Positions 16,152-24,000 of a stretch of 24,000 nucleotides of DNA are shown here, in pieces. The position numbers and the translations under genes were made by a program. The DNA lies in contig NZ_CP037895.1 of NCBI RefSeq assembly GCF_004634385.1, positions 633,245 through 657,244 on the forward strand, read 5' to 3'. The stretch comes from Thermaerobacter sp. FW80 (GTDB taxonomy: Bacteria; Bacillota; Sulfobacillia; Thermaerobacterales; Thermaerobacteraceae). The notes beneath the pieces were generated by a model, which was given only the letters and a program-made list of their open reading frames with translations, ran no database searches and had not been told where the DNA came from. How positions within the stretch are numbered: the stretch's first letter is position 1; every line of letters starts with the position of its first letter.

Positions 16152-16424
16152 GTGCCCAACACCCGTTCGGCGCGCAAGCGCGTCCGGCAGGCGGAGCGGA
16201 ACCGCCTGCGCAACAAGATGTACAAGACCCGCATCAAGACCGCGATCCGCCGCCTGGAGGAGGCGCTCACCGGCGGCGACCCGACCGCCATCCAGGAGGC
16301 GTTGCGCCGCGCCGTGAGCGCCATCGACCGGGCCGCCGTGCGGGGCGCCATCCACCGCAACACCGCGGCGCGGAAGAAGTCGCGCCTGATGCAGCGGCTG
16401 AAGAAGCTGGGGGTCGTCGCCTGA
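16152..16424 (+). CDS. rpsT: 30S ribosomal protein S20
   Basis: (M)PNTRSARKRVRQAERNRLRNKMYKTRIKTAIRRLEEAL...IHRNTAARKKSRLMQRLKKL. GGAGG (16139-16143) lies 8 nt upstream of GTG 16152. Track start GTG 16143 overlaps the RBS and adds a non-canonical MKT. Confidence 0.93.
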   Translation: MPNTRSARKRVRQAERNRLRNKMYKTRIKTAIRRLEEALTGGDPTAIQEALRRAVSAIDRAAVRGAIHRNTAARKKSRLMQRLKKLGVVA

Positions 16425-16497
16425 GGTCGCCCACCGGGTCGACGACGGCGGCGGCCGTGGCCATCCCCGACGCCCGCAGCCGGCACGGTCCGTTCGG

Positions 16498-16528
16498 AGC
16501 CGCTTCGCCAGGAAGCGGCTTTTGCTTT
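16498..16528 (+). terminator. rho-independent terminator of rpsT
   Basis: AGCCGCUUC-GCCAG-GAAGCGGCU (9-bp stem, 5-nt loop) followed by UUUGCUUUG. Confidence 0.75.
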
Positions 16529-16590
16529 GCTGCGGGTGCTTGCTGCGGGTGCTTTGCTGCGGGGGCTTGGCCCGGGTGCTCTGCGCGGGC
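16526..16590. repeat. tandem repeat, 13-14 nt unit (T)TTGCTGCGGGTGC, about 4.5 copies decaying toward the 3' side
   Basis: TTTGCTGCGGGTGC / TTGCTGCGGGTGC / TTTGCTGCGGGGGC / TTGGCCCGGGTGC / TCTGCGCGGGC, read directly from the sequence. Confidence 0.7.
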
Positions 16591-16734
16591 CGATGCCGGA
16601 TGCCGCCGATGCCCCTCCCGGACCACGACGCCGCAGCGGCTTCCCTCGGTCCCGCCACCCCCACGCCGCCCATCTCCACGGGGGATGGCGGTTGGCCACC
16701 ACCGGAGCCTCCCCGCGCAGCTCCGGGAGGGCTG

Positions 16735-18205
16735 AGAACAGCTAGCGCGTTTCTTATCGTTTCTCGCCCAACGTCATCAAATCTTGGCATCACCTCCCCT
16801 CCTCGGCCGGCTTGTTGTCTCAGAACAGATGTTCTGATACGCTGTCCTTGGATGATTTTGGGGGGCTTCCCCATGCGTGTGTTGCAGGCGTACCGCTTCG
16901 CCCTCGACCCCACGCCCCGCCAGCAGCGGGCGCTGGCCTCCCACGTGGGCGCCCGCCGCTTTGCCTTCAACTGGGGGCTCGCCCTGGTGAAGGAGCGCCT
17001 GGAAGCCCGTGCCCGGGGCGAGGATGTGGAGGTGCCGTGGACGCTTCCGGACTTGCGTCGGGAGTGGAACCGGCAAAAGCACCTCATCGCCCCCTGGTGG
17101 CGGGAGAACTCGAAGGAAGCCTACTCCTCCGGCCTGAACGGGCTGGCCCGGGCGCTTCAGAACTGGTCAAAAAGTCACAAGGGGCAACGCAAGGGCCGCC
17201 GGGTGGGGTTCCCCCGGTTCCGGAAGAAGGGCCGAGGGAGGGAATCGGTGCGGTTCACCACCGGCGCGATCCGGGTGGACGACAAGAGCCACGTCGTCCT
17301 GCCCCGGATTGGGCGGGTGAAGACCCACGAGCCGACCACGGCCCTGCTCCGGCGCATCCAGACAGGGACGGCCCGCATCCTATCCGCCACGGTTACCCGG
17401 GAAGGGGGCCGCTGGTTCGTCAGCTTTACCTGCGAGGTGGAGCGGCAGACGGGCCGCCCCCGGTTCCCCTGGAGGGTCGTCGGCGTCGATGCGGGCGTCA
17501 AGCACCTGGCGGTGCTCTCCACCGGTGAGGTCTGCCCCAATCCCCGAGCGCTGGAGAAGAACCTGAAACAACTGGCCCGGTGGAACCGCGCCCTGGCCCG
17601 CCGGCAGAAGGGCAGGCGGGGGTGGCAAAAGGCCCGCCGCCGGCTGGCCCGGCTCCATGGGCGGGTCCGGAACATCCGCCAGGACGCGCTTCACAAGCTG
17701 ACGCACCACCTAGCGAGCACCTATGGCGTGGTGGTCGTCGAACAACTGAACGCGGCGGGCATGCTGAAGAACCGGCGGCTTGCCCGGGCGCTGGCCGATG
17801 CGGCCCTGGCGGAGATCCGCCGCCAGCTCAGGTATAAGTGTCCCTGGCACGGCGCGGTCCTAGTCGAAGCACCGCCCTTCTATCCCAGCAGCAAACGTTG
17901 TTCCCGGTGCGGCGCGGTCAAGCCGTCGCTGCCGCTTTCACAGCGTGTTTTCCGCTGTGAGGAATGCGGGCTCGTGCTCGACCGGGACGAAAACGCGGCC
18001 CGAAATCTCGCGACGCTGGTTGCCGCCGTCGCCGGGAGTGGCCCGGAGACGTTAAACGCCCGTGGACGGGACGGAAGACCTGCCCTCCGGCAGGCGGTCC
18101 CGGAGGAAGCGGGAAGCCGGCGCCGGCTCATCGCTGGGTAAGACCGGCACCGTCGATCCGTGAGGATCGACTGCCTGAAACAGATGACGATATTTCAGGT
18201 AACGG
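16735..18205 (+). mobile_element. tnpB-only IS200/IS605-family element (IS1341-like); left boundary approximate
   Basis: A single TnpB ORF with no tnpA. The sequence is visibly more A/T-rich than its flanks. Left-end-side hairpin CAGAAC-AGAT-GTTCTG at 16821-16836. The right end is set where similarity to the relic copy stops (TCAGGTAACGG, 18195-18205). The left end is placed only by the drop in GC content near 16735-16750. Confidence 0.72.
16873..18141 (+). CDS. tnpB: RNA-guided endonuclease TnpB (IS200/IS605 OrfB family), apparently intact
   Basis: MRVLQAYRFALDPTPRQQRAL (typical OrfB N-terminus). RuvC-I VVGVDAGVKHLAV, RuvC-II VVVVEQLNAAGM, zinc finger CSRCG...CEECG, RuvC-III LVLDRDENAARNL. 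ATG 16873; 422 aa. Confidence 0.93.
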   Translation: MRVLQAYRFALDPTPRQQRALASHVGARRFAFNWGLALVKERLEARARGEDVEVPWTLPDLRREWNRQKHLIAPWWRENSKEAYSSGLNGLARALQNWSKSHKGQRKGRRVGFPRFRKKGRGRESVRFTTGAIRVDDKSHVVLPRIGRVKTHEPTTALLRRIQTGTARILSATVTREGGRWFVSFTCEVERQTGRPRFPWRVVGVDAGVKHLAVLSTGEVCPNPRALEKNLKQLARWNRALARRQKGRRGWQKARRRLARLHGRVRNIRQDALHKLTHHLASTYGVVVVEQLNAAGMLKNRRLARALADAALAEIRRQLRYKCPWHGAVLVEAPPFYPSSKRCSRCGAVKPSLPLSQRVFRCEECGLVLDRDENAARNLATLVAAVAGSGPETLNARGRDGRPALRQAVPEEAGSRRRLIAG

Positions 18206-18225
18206 TTCAGCTCCGGGGCATCGCC
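17990..18225 (+). ncRNA. predicted omega-RNA (reRNA) of TnpB: scaffold from the tnpB 3' end plus right end, with a guide read from flanking DNA; 5' end not determinable here
   Basis: Conserved hairpins: CCTGCC-CTCC-GGCAGG, GTCGATCC-GTGA-GGATCGAC (18152-18171) and CCTGAAA-N12-TTTCAGG (18174-18199). The first two are retained in the relic copy, one of them with compensatory substitutions. The predicted guide is 18206-18225, TTCAGCTCCGGGGCATCGCC. Confidence 0.5.
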
Positions 18226-19457
18226 ACGCCGTGGGTCGAGCCGGCCCCGCTCAGCCGCCACACCAGCCGCTCCAGGCCGATGCGGGCGGGCCACCGCCCC
18301 TGCTTGATCCCGACGTCCGTCTCCAGCACCGCCTCCAGGGCCGCCAGCGCCCATTCGGGGGACACCGCCTGGGCCTGGCGCCAGGCCTTGCGAGCGACGA
18401 AGGGATGCAGCCGCAGCGCCTGCTGCAAGCGGTGGACGTCGCCCCCCTCGGCCCGCAGGCCGCAGGCGTAGGCGAGGATGCGGTACTGGCGGGCGATCAG
18501 GCCGAGGAGCCGCAGGGGTGGCTCGTCGGCGTCCAGCAGGCGGCCCAGCAGCTCCATGGCCTGGCGTCGACGACCGGCCAGGATCGCGTCGATCAGCTCG
18601 AACACGCCGGCGGTGGCGACGGCGACGCCGACGGCCCGGAGGTCGGCGGCGGTGATGCGCCGGCGCTCCCCGACGTAGGTCGCCACCTTGGCGATCTCGC
18701 GCGCCAGCCGCTGCAGGTCGGGCTCCCCGGATTCCAACAGCCAGGCCACGGCCTCGGGCTCCAGCTCCTTCCCCCATGCTGCGGCCTGCTCCGCCAGCCA
18801 GCTCGCCAGGGCCTCATCCCGCAGGGGCTCGCAGGCCACCGCCCAGCCCCGTTGGCGCAGGAGGCGGACCGCCGCCCGGCGCCCGTCCACGTCCCCCGGA
18901 TGGCAGATCACCAGCACGGTCGTGGCCGCCGGGTCCTCGAGATAGGCGATCAGCGCCGCCTCCTCCGGATCGGCCGCCCCCCGGCCATCGCCTCCGGTCG
19001 CGCGCCGGCGGCCGGCATCCGCCGTCCCCGAGGCCGTGGATGTCACGGAGCGGTCGGCACCCTCCGCGGTCCCGGACGCGGAGGCGGCGGAAGCCGGGGA
19101 CCGTCGGTCGGCGGTGGCGGGCTGGCGCGGAGCACCGCGACCCTCGGCGCGATGGAACGTCCCCCTCTCGGCGCCGGGGGCCCGGGGCGCCAGCCAGGCG
19201 GCGTCGCGGACCACGACCAGCCGGCGCTCCGCCAGCAGCGGGACGGTGCGCGCCTGTTCCACCGCCTCCTCCACGCCCACCGTGCGCCCGTCCACCTGGA
19301 CGAAGTTCAAGAGGTCATCGGGGGGCAGCAGCGCGTCGCGCACGGCCTTGACGATGGTGTCGTGCCAGTAGGTCTCGCCCCCGTGGAGCAGGTACACCGG
19401 TTCGATGCTTCCGCGGCGGATCGCCTCCACGGCCGCAGCAGCCGGCTTGGACTCCAC
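18207..19457 (-). CDS. holA: DNA polymerase III delta subunit (HolA), with a low-complexity insertion
   Basis: ...VYLLHGGETYWHDTIVKAVRDALL..., LLAERRLVVVRDA, LIAYLEDPAATTVLVI and the C-terminal domain FELIDAILAGRRRQAMELLGRLL fit the HolA architecture. Lies after comEC, as in Bacillus. GTG 19457 has GGGGAGGG 8 nt upstream. The rest of track ORF 18207..20435 overlaps comEC and is rejected. Confidence 0.85.
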   Translation of the reverse strand: MESKPAAAAVEAIRRGSIEPVYLLHGGETYWHDTIVKAVRDALLPPDDLLNFVQVDGRTVGVEEAVEQARTVPLLAERRLVVVRDAAWLAPRAPGAERGTFHRAEGRGAPRQPATADRRSPASAASASGTAEGADRSVTSTASGTADAGRRRATGGDGRGAADPEEAALIAYLEDPAATTVLVICHPGDVDGRRAAVRLLRQRGWAVACEPLRDEALASWLAEQAAAWGKELEPEAVAWLLESGEPDLQRLAREIAKVATYVGERRRITAADLRAVGVAVATAGVFELIDAILAGRRRQAMELLGRLLDADEPPLRLLGLIARQYRILAYACGLRAEGGDVHRLQQALRLHPFVARKAWRQAQAVSPEWALAALEAVLETDVGIKQGRWPARIGLERLVWRLSGAGSTHGVAMPRS

Positions 19458-19812
19458 CCTCTTCGCCCTCCCCGAGTCGCGGTCGCGGTCCTTCCCTCCA
19501 ACGCGGACGCCGGACGGCCGGTCGACACGACCACCGGGTTGCGACGCCCAGCAGCATCCTATCCGATCCGGGTCCGCGCCGGTCGGCCCGGTCCGCCCCA
19601 TGGGCGCCCGGTCTCCCGCCCGCCCCGTCGGCACCCGGTCCCAAGTCCGCCCAGGAAGGGCGGCGGGCCGGAGGAGGACACGACGACCCCGGCCCCCCGC
19701 CGGGGCGATGCCTGCCCCCGCGCCGACGGCTCCGCACCCCTGGACCGCCCCCGCCGGCGCCGCGCCCCACCCGCTCCCCCCGGGCTTCCCGGACCTCGGC
19801 CTGGCGGGTCCG

Positions 19813-22665
19813 CTACCGGGGCCGGGCGGCCCCATCCAGTCCTGCGAGGGAGCCGGGGACCATCGCCCGCACCACCAGCTGCGGCCCCGGGCCCGCCCGG
19901 ATCGCCACCGCCCCGGCGCGGTCCGTGCGCACCACGGGGATGCCCGCGCGTCGCAGGCGGGCCAGCGTCTCCACGTGCGGCAGCCCGTACGGATTCGGTC
20001 CCACCGACACCACGGCGATGCGCGGCCGCACGGCCGCCAGGAAGGCCGCGGTGGTGGCGCCCCGGGACCCGTGGTGGGACACCTTGAGCACCTCGGCAGC
20101 CAGGTCGGTTCCCCGCGCCAGCAGCGCCTCCTCACCGGCCTGCTCGAGGTCGCCCATGAGCAGCAGCCGGGGGCCGCCGCACCCCACCCGCAGGACCAGG
20201 GACCAGTCGTTCTCCTTCCCCCAACCGGTGGCATCGGCCGTGGTCGGACCCGGGGGCCGCGCCCCCGCCCCGGCGTCGGGCGCCGCGCCGCGCGGCTCCC
20301 CTGCGGCCGGGTCGGGATGGAGCACGTCCACCCGGCAACCCGGGGCCGGATGCCACGCCCAACCCGCCTCCGGCCGCTGGATCGGGACGCCCCGCTGCCG
20401 CGCCAGGTCGACCAGGGCTCGATCCAAGGGGACACCGGGCAGGCCGCCCAGCCACATCGCGCCGGTGCCGAGCCGCTCCATCACGGCGCCCGCACCGCCG
20501 GCGTGGTCGCGATCGGCATGGGTGACCACCAGGAGATCCGGCCCCCGCCCCAACAGCCGCCGCACCACCGGGACGGTGGTCCCCTCGCCGACGGCGTCGG
20601 GGATCGACGGCGGTGACCCGGGCCAGTATCGCGTGGCCCCGGCGACGAGGGCCCGCCCGCCGGCGTCCACCAGGGCGCTGCGCCCCGTGGGAAACCGCAG
20701 GAGGATGGCATCGCCCTGACCGACGTCAAGGAACCATGCCACCCACGTCCCCGGCGCCGGCGGTCGCAAGGAGAGCGCCGAGCACGCCAGGGCGGCGACG
20801 ACGGCCACCCCGGCCGGCGCCAGCCCCCGAGCCCGGGGCAGGCGGCGCGGGCGCAGACGCCGGGCATAGCGGGGACGCGCGTCCCCCACCTGGACCAACA
20901 CCCACAGGGCGCCGACGGCCAACCATCCCGCCGCGGCAGGCGCCAGCTGGGCCGAGGCGGCGGGCAGCGCCCCCGCGGCCATGGCCACCCGCACCATCGC
21001 CGTCAAGCTGGCCGTCGCCGGCCACCCGAGGAGGCCGGCCAGGGTGGCCACGCGGCCCTCCCACCCGGGGGACACGGGCAAGGCGGCGAGGACCGCCCCG
21101 GCCGTTGCGGCGACCGCCGCCGCCCCCAATCCCAGGGCAGAAAGCGGGATCACCAGTAGGTTGGCAACGAGGGCCGAAAGGGGCAGGCGGCCGAACAGCG
21201 CCACCTGGACGGGCAGGACCGCCACCTGGGCGGCCAGGGTGACGGCCAGCGCGTCGCCGGCCCAGCCGACGAGGCGCAGGGGCTGCCGCTCCCCTCCCCG
21301 CCGGCCCAGCCATCGATGCCACCGCCCGCGCCATGCCCGCTGCAGGGGGCCTCCCAGCACCAGCAGGCCGGCCGTCGCGGCGAAGGACAGCTGGAAGCCG
21401 GGGTCGAGCAGCACCAGGGGCCGCCACGCCGCCTGGAGGAAGCCGGCCCAGACCAGCATCTCCACCGGGGCCACGGCGCGGCCGGCACCGCGAGCCGCCT
21501 CCGCCAGCAGATAGGTCGCCGTGGCGCGCAACACCGAGGGCGGCCCCCCGGTCAGGCCGGCGTAGAGGACGACGAGGAGGGCGGCCGCGAGACGGCGCCG
21601 GCCGGGCAGCCACCGGGCCCTCGTGGTCAGCCACGTGGCCAGCGCAGCGGCCATGGCCACGTGCTGGCCGGATACCGCCAGCGCATGGATCAGCCCCGTC
21701 GAGGCCAGGGCCTCCCGCGCCGTGGCCGACAGGCCCTGGCGCTCGTCCAGGAGCAGGGCGGCGGCGACGCCCCGGGGACCGGGGGGCAGGGTCACCGCCA
21801 GGCCGTCGAGCAGGAAGCCGCGCAACCTGGCGAGGGCTGCGTCGACCACCGTGCCGAGCCGCACCCACCTGCCGACGCCGTCCGGTGCGCCCGCCAGCCC
21901 GGCCGCGCCCTCGGGGGTCAGCGGCCGCCACCGGGTCACGTCCAGCTCGTAGGCGAACCCGCTGCGCAGGCCGGCGGCCCGCTCGTCGTAGCCCCCCGGG
22001 TTCGTGGCCGGACGCAGGCGGCGCAGCTGTCCCCAGACCTCGACGACCTGACCGGCCCCCGGCGACGGGGGGCCGGCCCGCGAGCCTGGCTGGGATCGGC
22101 CGTCCGCGGCGTGAGCCGCGGGGCCGGCACCGGCCCGCCGCCCGGCGGCCCAATCGACCCGCAGCCGCGTGCTCACGGACACCCCCTCGATGGCGGTGAC
22201 GGTCAGCACCTCGGGGTGTCCGAGGCGGCCGGTCACCCGGATCGCACGGCCCTCCCAGGGAACGGGCCGCCATGCGGCGAGGGCCCACGTCTCGGCCGCC
22301 AGCCACCCGCACGCCGCGGCCAGGCCGACCAAGCCCGCACCGGACCCGGCCATCCCGAGAAGGCGACCGAACCCGGCCACCGCCCGGGGCACCGGTGGCA
22401 CCCGAGTCCAGGGGGCACGCCGCCGCGGGCGATCGTCGCCCGCGCGACCCGTCGCCACCCGCGGTGCCGCCGCGCGACCCGTCGCCACCCCCCACGCCGC
22501 TCGCGCCGCCACCAGGGCCAGACCCACGCCGAGCGCCTCCGCCACCGTCCGCAGCGGCGATGGGCTCCCGGGGGGCGGCCCGGCGTGATAGAGGGGCCAG
22601 CGCAGCAACGCCCAGAGGCCGATCGCCGCCCCGTAGGCCATGGCCCACGCGGGCCCGACCGCCAT
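19813..22665 (-). CDS. comEC: DNA internalization-related competence protein ComEC/Rec2
   Basis: Polytopic competence domain (GLIHALAVSGQHVAM, LSFAATAGLL) and a C-terminal metallo-beta-lactamase domain (WFLDVGQGDAILLRFP, LLVVTHADRDHAGGA, LKVSHHGS). ATG 22665 has GGGGGGTGA upstream. GTG 22728 is the longest alternative start. Confidence 0.9.
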   Translation of the reverse strand: MAVGPAWAMAYGAAIGLWALLRWPLYHAGPPPGSPSPLRTVAEALGVGLALVAARAAWGVATGRAAAPRVATGRAGDDRPRRRAPWTRVPPVPRAVAGFGRLLGMAGSGAGLVGLAAACGWLAAETWALAAWRPVPWEGRAIRVTGRLGHPEVLTVTAIEGVSVSTRLRVDWAAGRRAGAGPAAHAADGRSQPGSRAGPPSPGAGQVVEVWGQLRRLRPATNPGGYDERAAGLRSGFAYELDVTRWRPLTPEGAAGLAGAPDGVGRWVRLGTVVDAALARLRGFLLDGLAVTLPPGPRGVAAALLLDERQGLSATAREALASTGLIHALAVSGQHVAMAAALATWLTTRARWLPGRRRLAAALLVVLYAGLTGGPPSVLRATATYLLAEAARGAGRAVAPVEMLVWAGFLQAAWRPLVLLDPGFQLSFAATAGLLVLGGPLQRAWRGRWHRWLGRRGGERQPLRLVGWAGDALAVTLAAQVAVLPVQVALFGRLPLSALVANLLVIPLSALGLGAAAVAATAGAVLAALPVSPGWEGRVATLAGLLGWPATASLTAMVRVAMAAGALPAASAQLAPAAAGWLAVGALWVLVQVGDARPRYARRLRPRRLPRARGLAPAGVAVVAALACSALSLRPPAPGTWVAWFLDVGQGDAILLRFPTGRSALVDAGGRALVAGATRYWPGSPPSIPDAVGEGTTVPVVRRLLGRGPDLLVVTHADRDHAGGAGAVMERLGTGAMWLGGLPGVPLDRALVDLARQRGVPIQRPEAGWAWHPAPGCRVDVLHPDPAAGEPRGAAPDAGAGARPPGPTTADATGWGKENDWSLVLRVGCGGPRLLLMGDLEQAGEEALLARGTDLAAEVLKVSHHGSRGATTAAFLAAVRPRIAVVSVGPNPYGLPHVETLARLRRAGIPVVRTDRAGAVAIRAGPGPQLVVRAMVPGSLAGLDGAARPR

Positions 22666-22794
22666 GCCGCTCACCCCCCGCGGCCCGGGACGCCCGGCTG
22701 CGGGCCCGGGCGGGGCGGCGGTCCGCACCGCCGCCCGATCCGCCCCGGATGCCTTCGCCCCGCGCCCACGGGTCGGCCGGGACCGCGTCCAACC

Positions 22795-24000
22795 TCACGG
22801 CCCCGTGGTGATGTACGGGAGGAGCTTCGCCACGGTCTTCTCGCCGATGCCCGCGACGCGACGGAGGTCCTGGGGGCGACGAAAGGGGCCGTTGACCTCG
22901 CGGTCCGCCACGATGCGCTGGGCCAGCGCCGGGCCGATGCCGGGCAGCGCCTCCAGCTCCGCCGCGCTGGCGCGATTGACGTCGACCCGGCGGGTCGGCG
23001 TGCCGGCCCTGGCGCTTCCCGTCGCCGGGCCCGCGCCGCCGGTCCCATCCGTCCCAGCCGGCGCGCTGGCGCCGTCCTGCCCGGGGACGAAGCGGCCGGC
23101 TTCCACCTCCTTCTGGGTCGGCACCTGGATGCGCATGCCGTCCGCCAGGGGTGCGGCCAGATTCAGGGCGTGCAGCGCCGCGCCCGCCGCCGGTCCCCCC
23201 GCCGCCGTGACCGCGTCCGCGACCCGGGCCCCGGGAGACAACACGTAGACACCGGGGTGGGCCACGGCCCCGGTCACGTGGACGACCAACGGCGGGGCGC
23301 CGCTCCCTGTCCCCGCCCCGTCGGCCGCCGCCCCCGGGCTCGCCGCCGACCCGCCGGCCCCCGGTCCCGCGTCCAGCGGGGCACCGCCCTTGGCCACACC
23401 GCCATACGGCACCGCCCACGCCACCGCGGCCTCGGACGCCGGCTGCGCGGACGCCTGGACGGCGGCGGCCCCGCCCCCTTCGGGCGCGTCGACCTGCGAC
23501 CCTCCGCCGCCGTTGGACGGCGCCCGGGCGACGTCGGGATCGAGGGCGCGGGCGTCCTCCCCGCTCCCCCCATCCCCGTCGGCCCCCGGTGCCGCGGCCA
23601 TCGGCGCCCCGGCGGGCCCGCTGGCCTCGAGGACCAGCGGGGGGCTACCTCCCCCGGCGATGGCGCGCCACGACCAGATGCCGGCTAGAAGGCCGAGGCC
23701 CACCAAGGGGGCGAGCCAGCCGGCGGCGCGGCCGCGGGCCGGGGCGACGGCGGGCAGGGGCGGTGCCGGTGGGAGGTCGAGGGCCGGCCCGTCGCGAGGC
23801 TGCGTCGCGACCGCCCGCCGGGCGGTCCCGGCCGTCCCCGCGACCTGGGAGGCGCCTCCCCCGCCACCCCCCACGGCCGCCGGGGCCCACCCGTCCGCAC
23901 CCGCGACCCAGGTCTCCTCCCGGCGGCCCCCGCCAAGGCGGTACCCCGCCCCGTCGCGCCGGCGGACCGCGGCCGGGGGCCAATCCTGGCCGGTTCCCAT
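22795..24000 (-). CDS. comEA: competence protein ComEA (SLBB plus helix-hairpin-helix DNA-binding domains); the 5' end may lie at or beyond the window edge
   Basis: C-terminus VDVNRASAAELEALPGIGPALAQRIVADREVNGPFRRPQDLRRVAGIGEKTVAKLLPYIT (a tandem HhH). SLBB-like VVHVTGAVAHPGVYVLSPGARVADAV...NLAAPLADGMRIQVP. TM segment WLAPLVGLGLLAGIWSW. An ATG falls exactly at 24000-23998. Confidence 0.88.
   Translation of the reverse strand: MGTGQDWPPAAVRRRDGAGYRLGGGRREETWVAGADGWAPAAVGGGGGGASQVAGTAGTARRAVATQPRDGPALDLPPAPPLPAVAPARGRAAGWLAPLVGLGLLAGIWSWRAIAGGGSPPLVLEASGPAGAPMAAAPGADGDGGSGEDARALDPDVARAPSNGGGGSQVDAPEGGGAAAVQASAQPASEAAVAWAVPYGGVAKGGAPLDAGPGAGGSAASPGAAADGAGTGSGAPPLVVHVTGAVAHPGVYVLSPGARVADAVTAAGGPAAGAALHALNLAAPLADGMRIQVPTQKEVEAGRFVPGQDGASAPAGTDGTGGAGPATGSARAGTPTRRVDVNRASAAELEALPGIGPALAQRIVADREVNGPFRRPQDLRRVAGIGEKTVAKLLPYITTGP

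Noticed and set aside
16526-16590. Whether the short tandem repeat could be a CRISPR array.
   Set aside because: The units are 13-14 nt and directly abutting, with no spacers. There are no cas genes, and the repeats are much shorter than CRISPR repeats.
19458-20435. The upstream 326 codons of the 742-aa ORF containing holA.
   Set aside because: This part overlaps the comEC 3' end (19813 onward) in another frame and reads as Arg/Pro/Gly noise. The HolA homology begins just after GTG 19457, which has a good RBS.

Overview
Very GC-rich (over 70% G+C by eye) chromosomal segment of a Firmicutes/Clostridia-type genome, possibly a Thermaerobacter- or Symbiobacterium-like lineage (inference only). 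Nearly all real genes are on the minus strand and follow the classical Bacillus order: comEA-comEC-holA / rpsT(+) / spoIIP ... lepA-hemW-hrcA-grpE-dnaK-dnaJ-prmA-rsmE. All identifications come from reading motifs in the translations; no database search was run. Regulatory elements are readable: a perfect CIRCE operator with a sigma-A-type promoter upstream of hrcA, an intrinsic terminator between hrcA and grpE, and a promoter and terminator for rpsT. Non-core content: (1) a two-domain glutaredoxin-like disulfide oxidoreductase whose second CxxC motif has an in-frame TGA in place of the first Cys (candidate selenocysteine); (2) spoIIP apparently split over two reading frames; (3) about 1 kb of ultra-GC-rich sequence with no convincing gene, where Bacillus has gpr; (4) an intact tnpB-only IS200/IS605-family element between rpsT and holA, whose right end abuts the holA stop codon; (5) a second, degraded copy of the same tnpB 3' end and right end (omega-RNA region) with compensatory changes in a hairpin; (6) a YvlD-like 'phage holin family' membrane protein; (7) several small repeats and hairpins. 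Several housekeeping proteins (GrpE, HemW, HolA, ComEA, the oxidoreductase) carry long Ala/Gly/Pro/Arg-rich low-complexity insertions. Most long ORFs in the supplied track, including nearly all plus-strand ones, are shadow ORFs caused by the base composition. No tRNA, rRNA or CRISPR array was seen.
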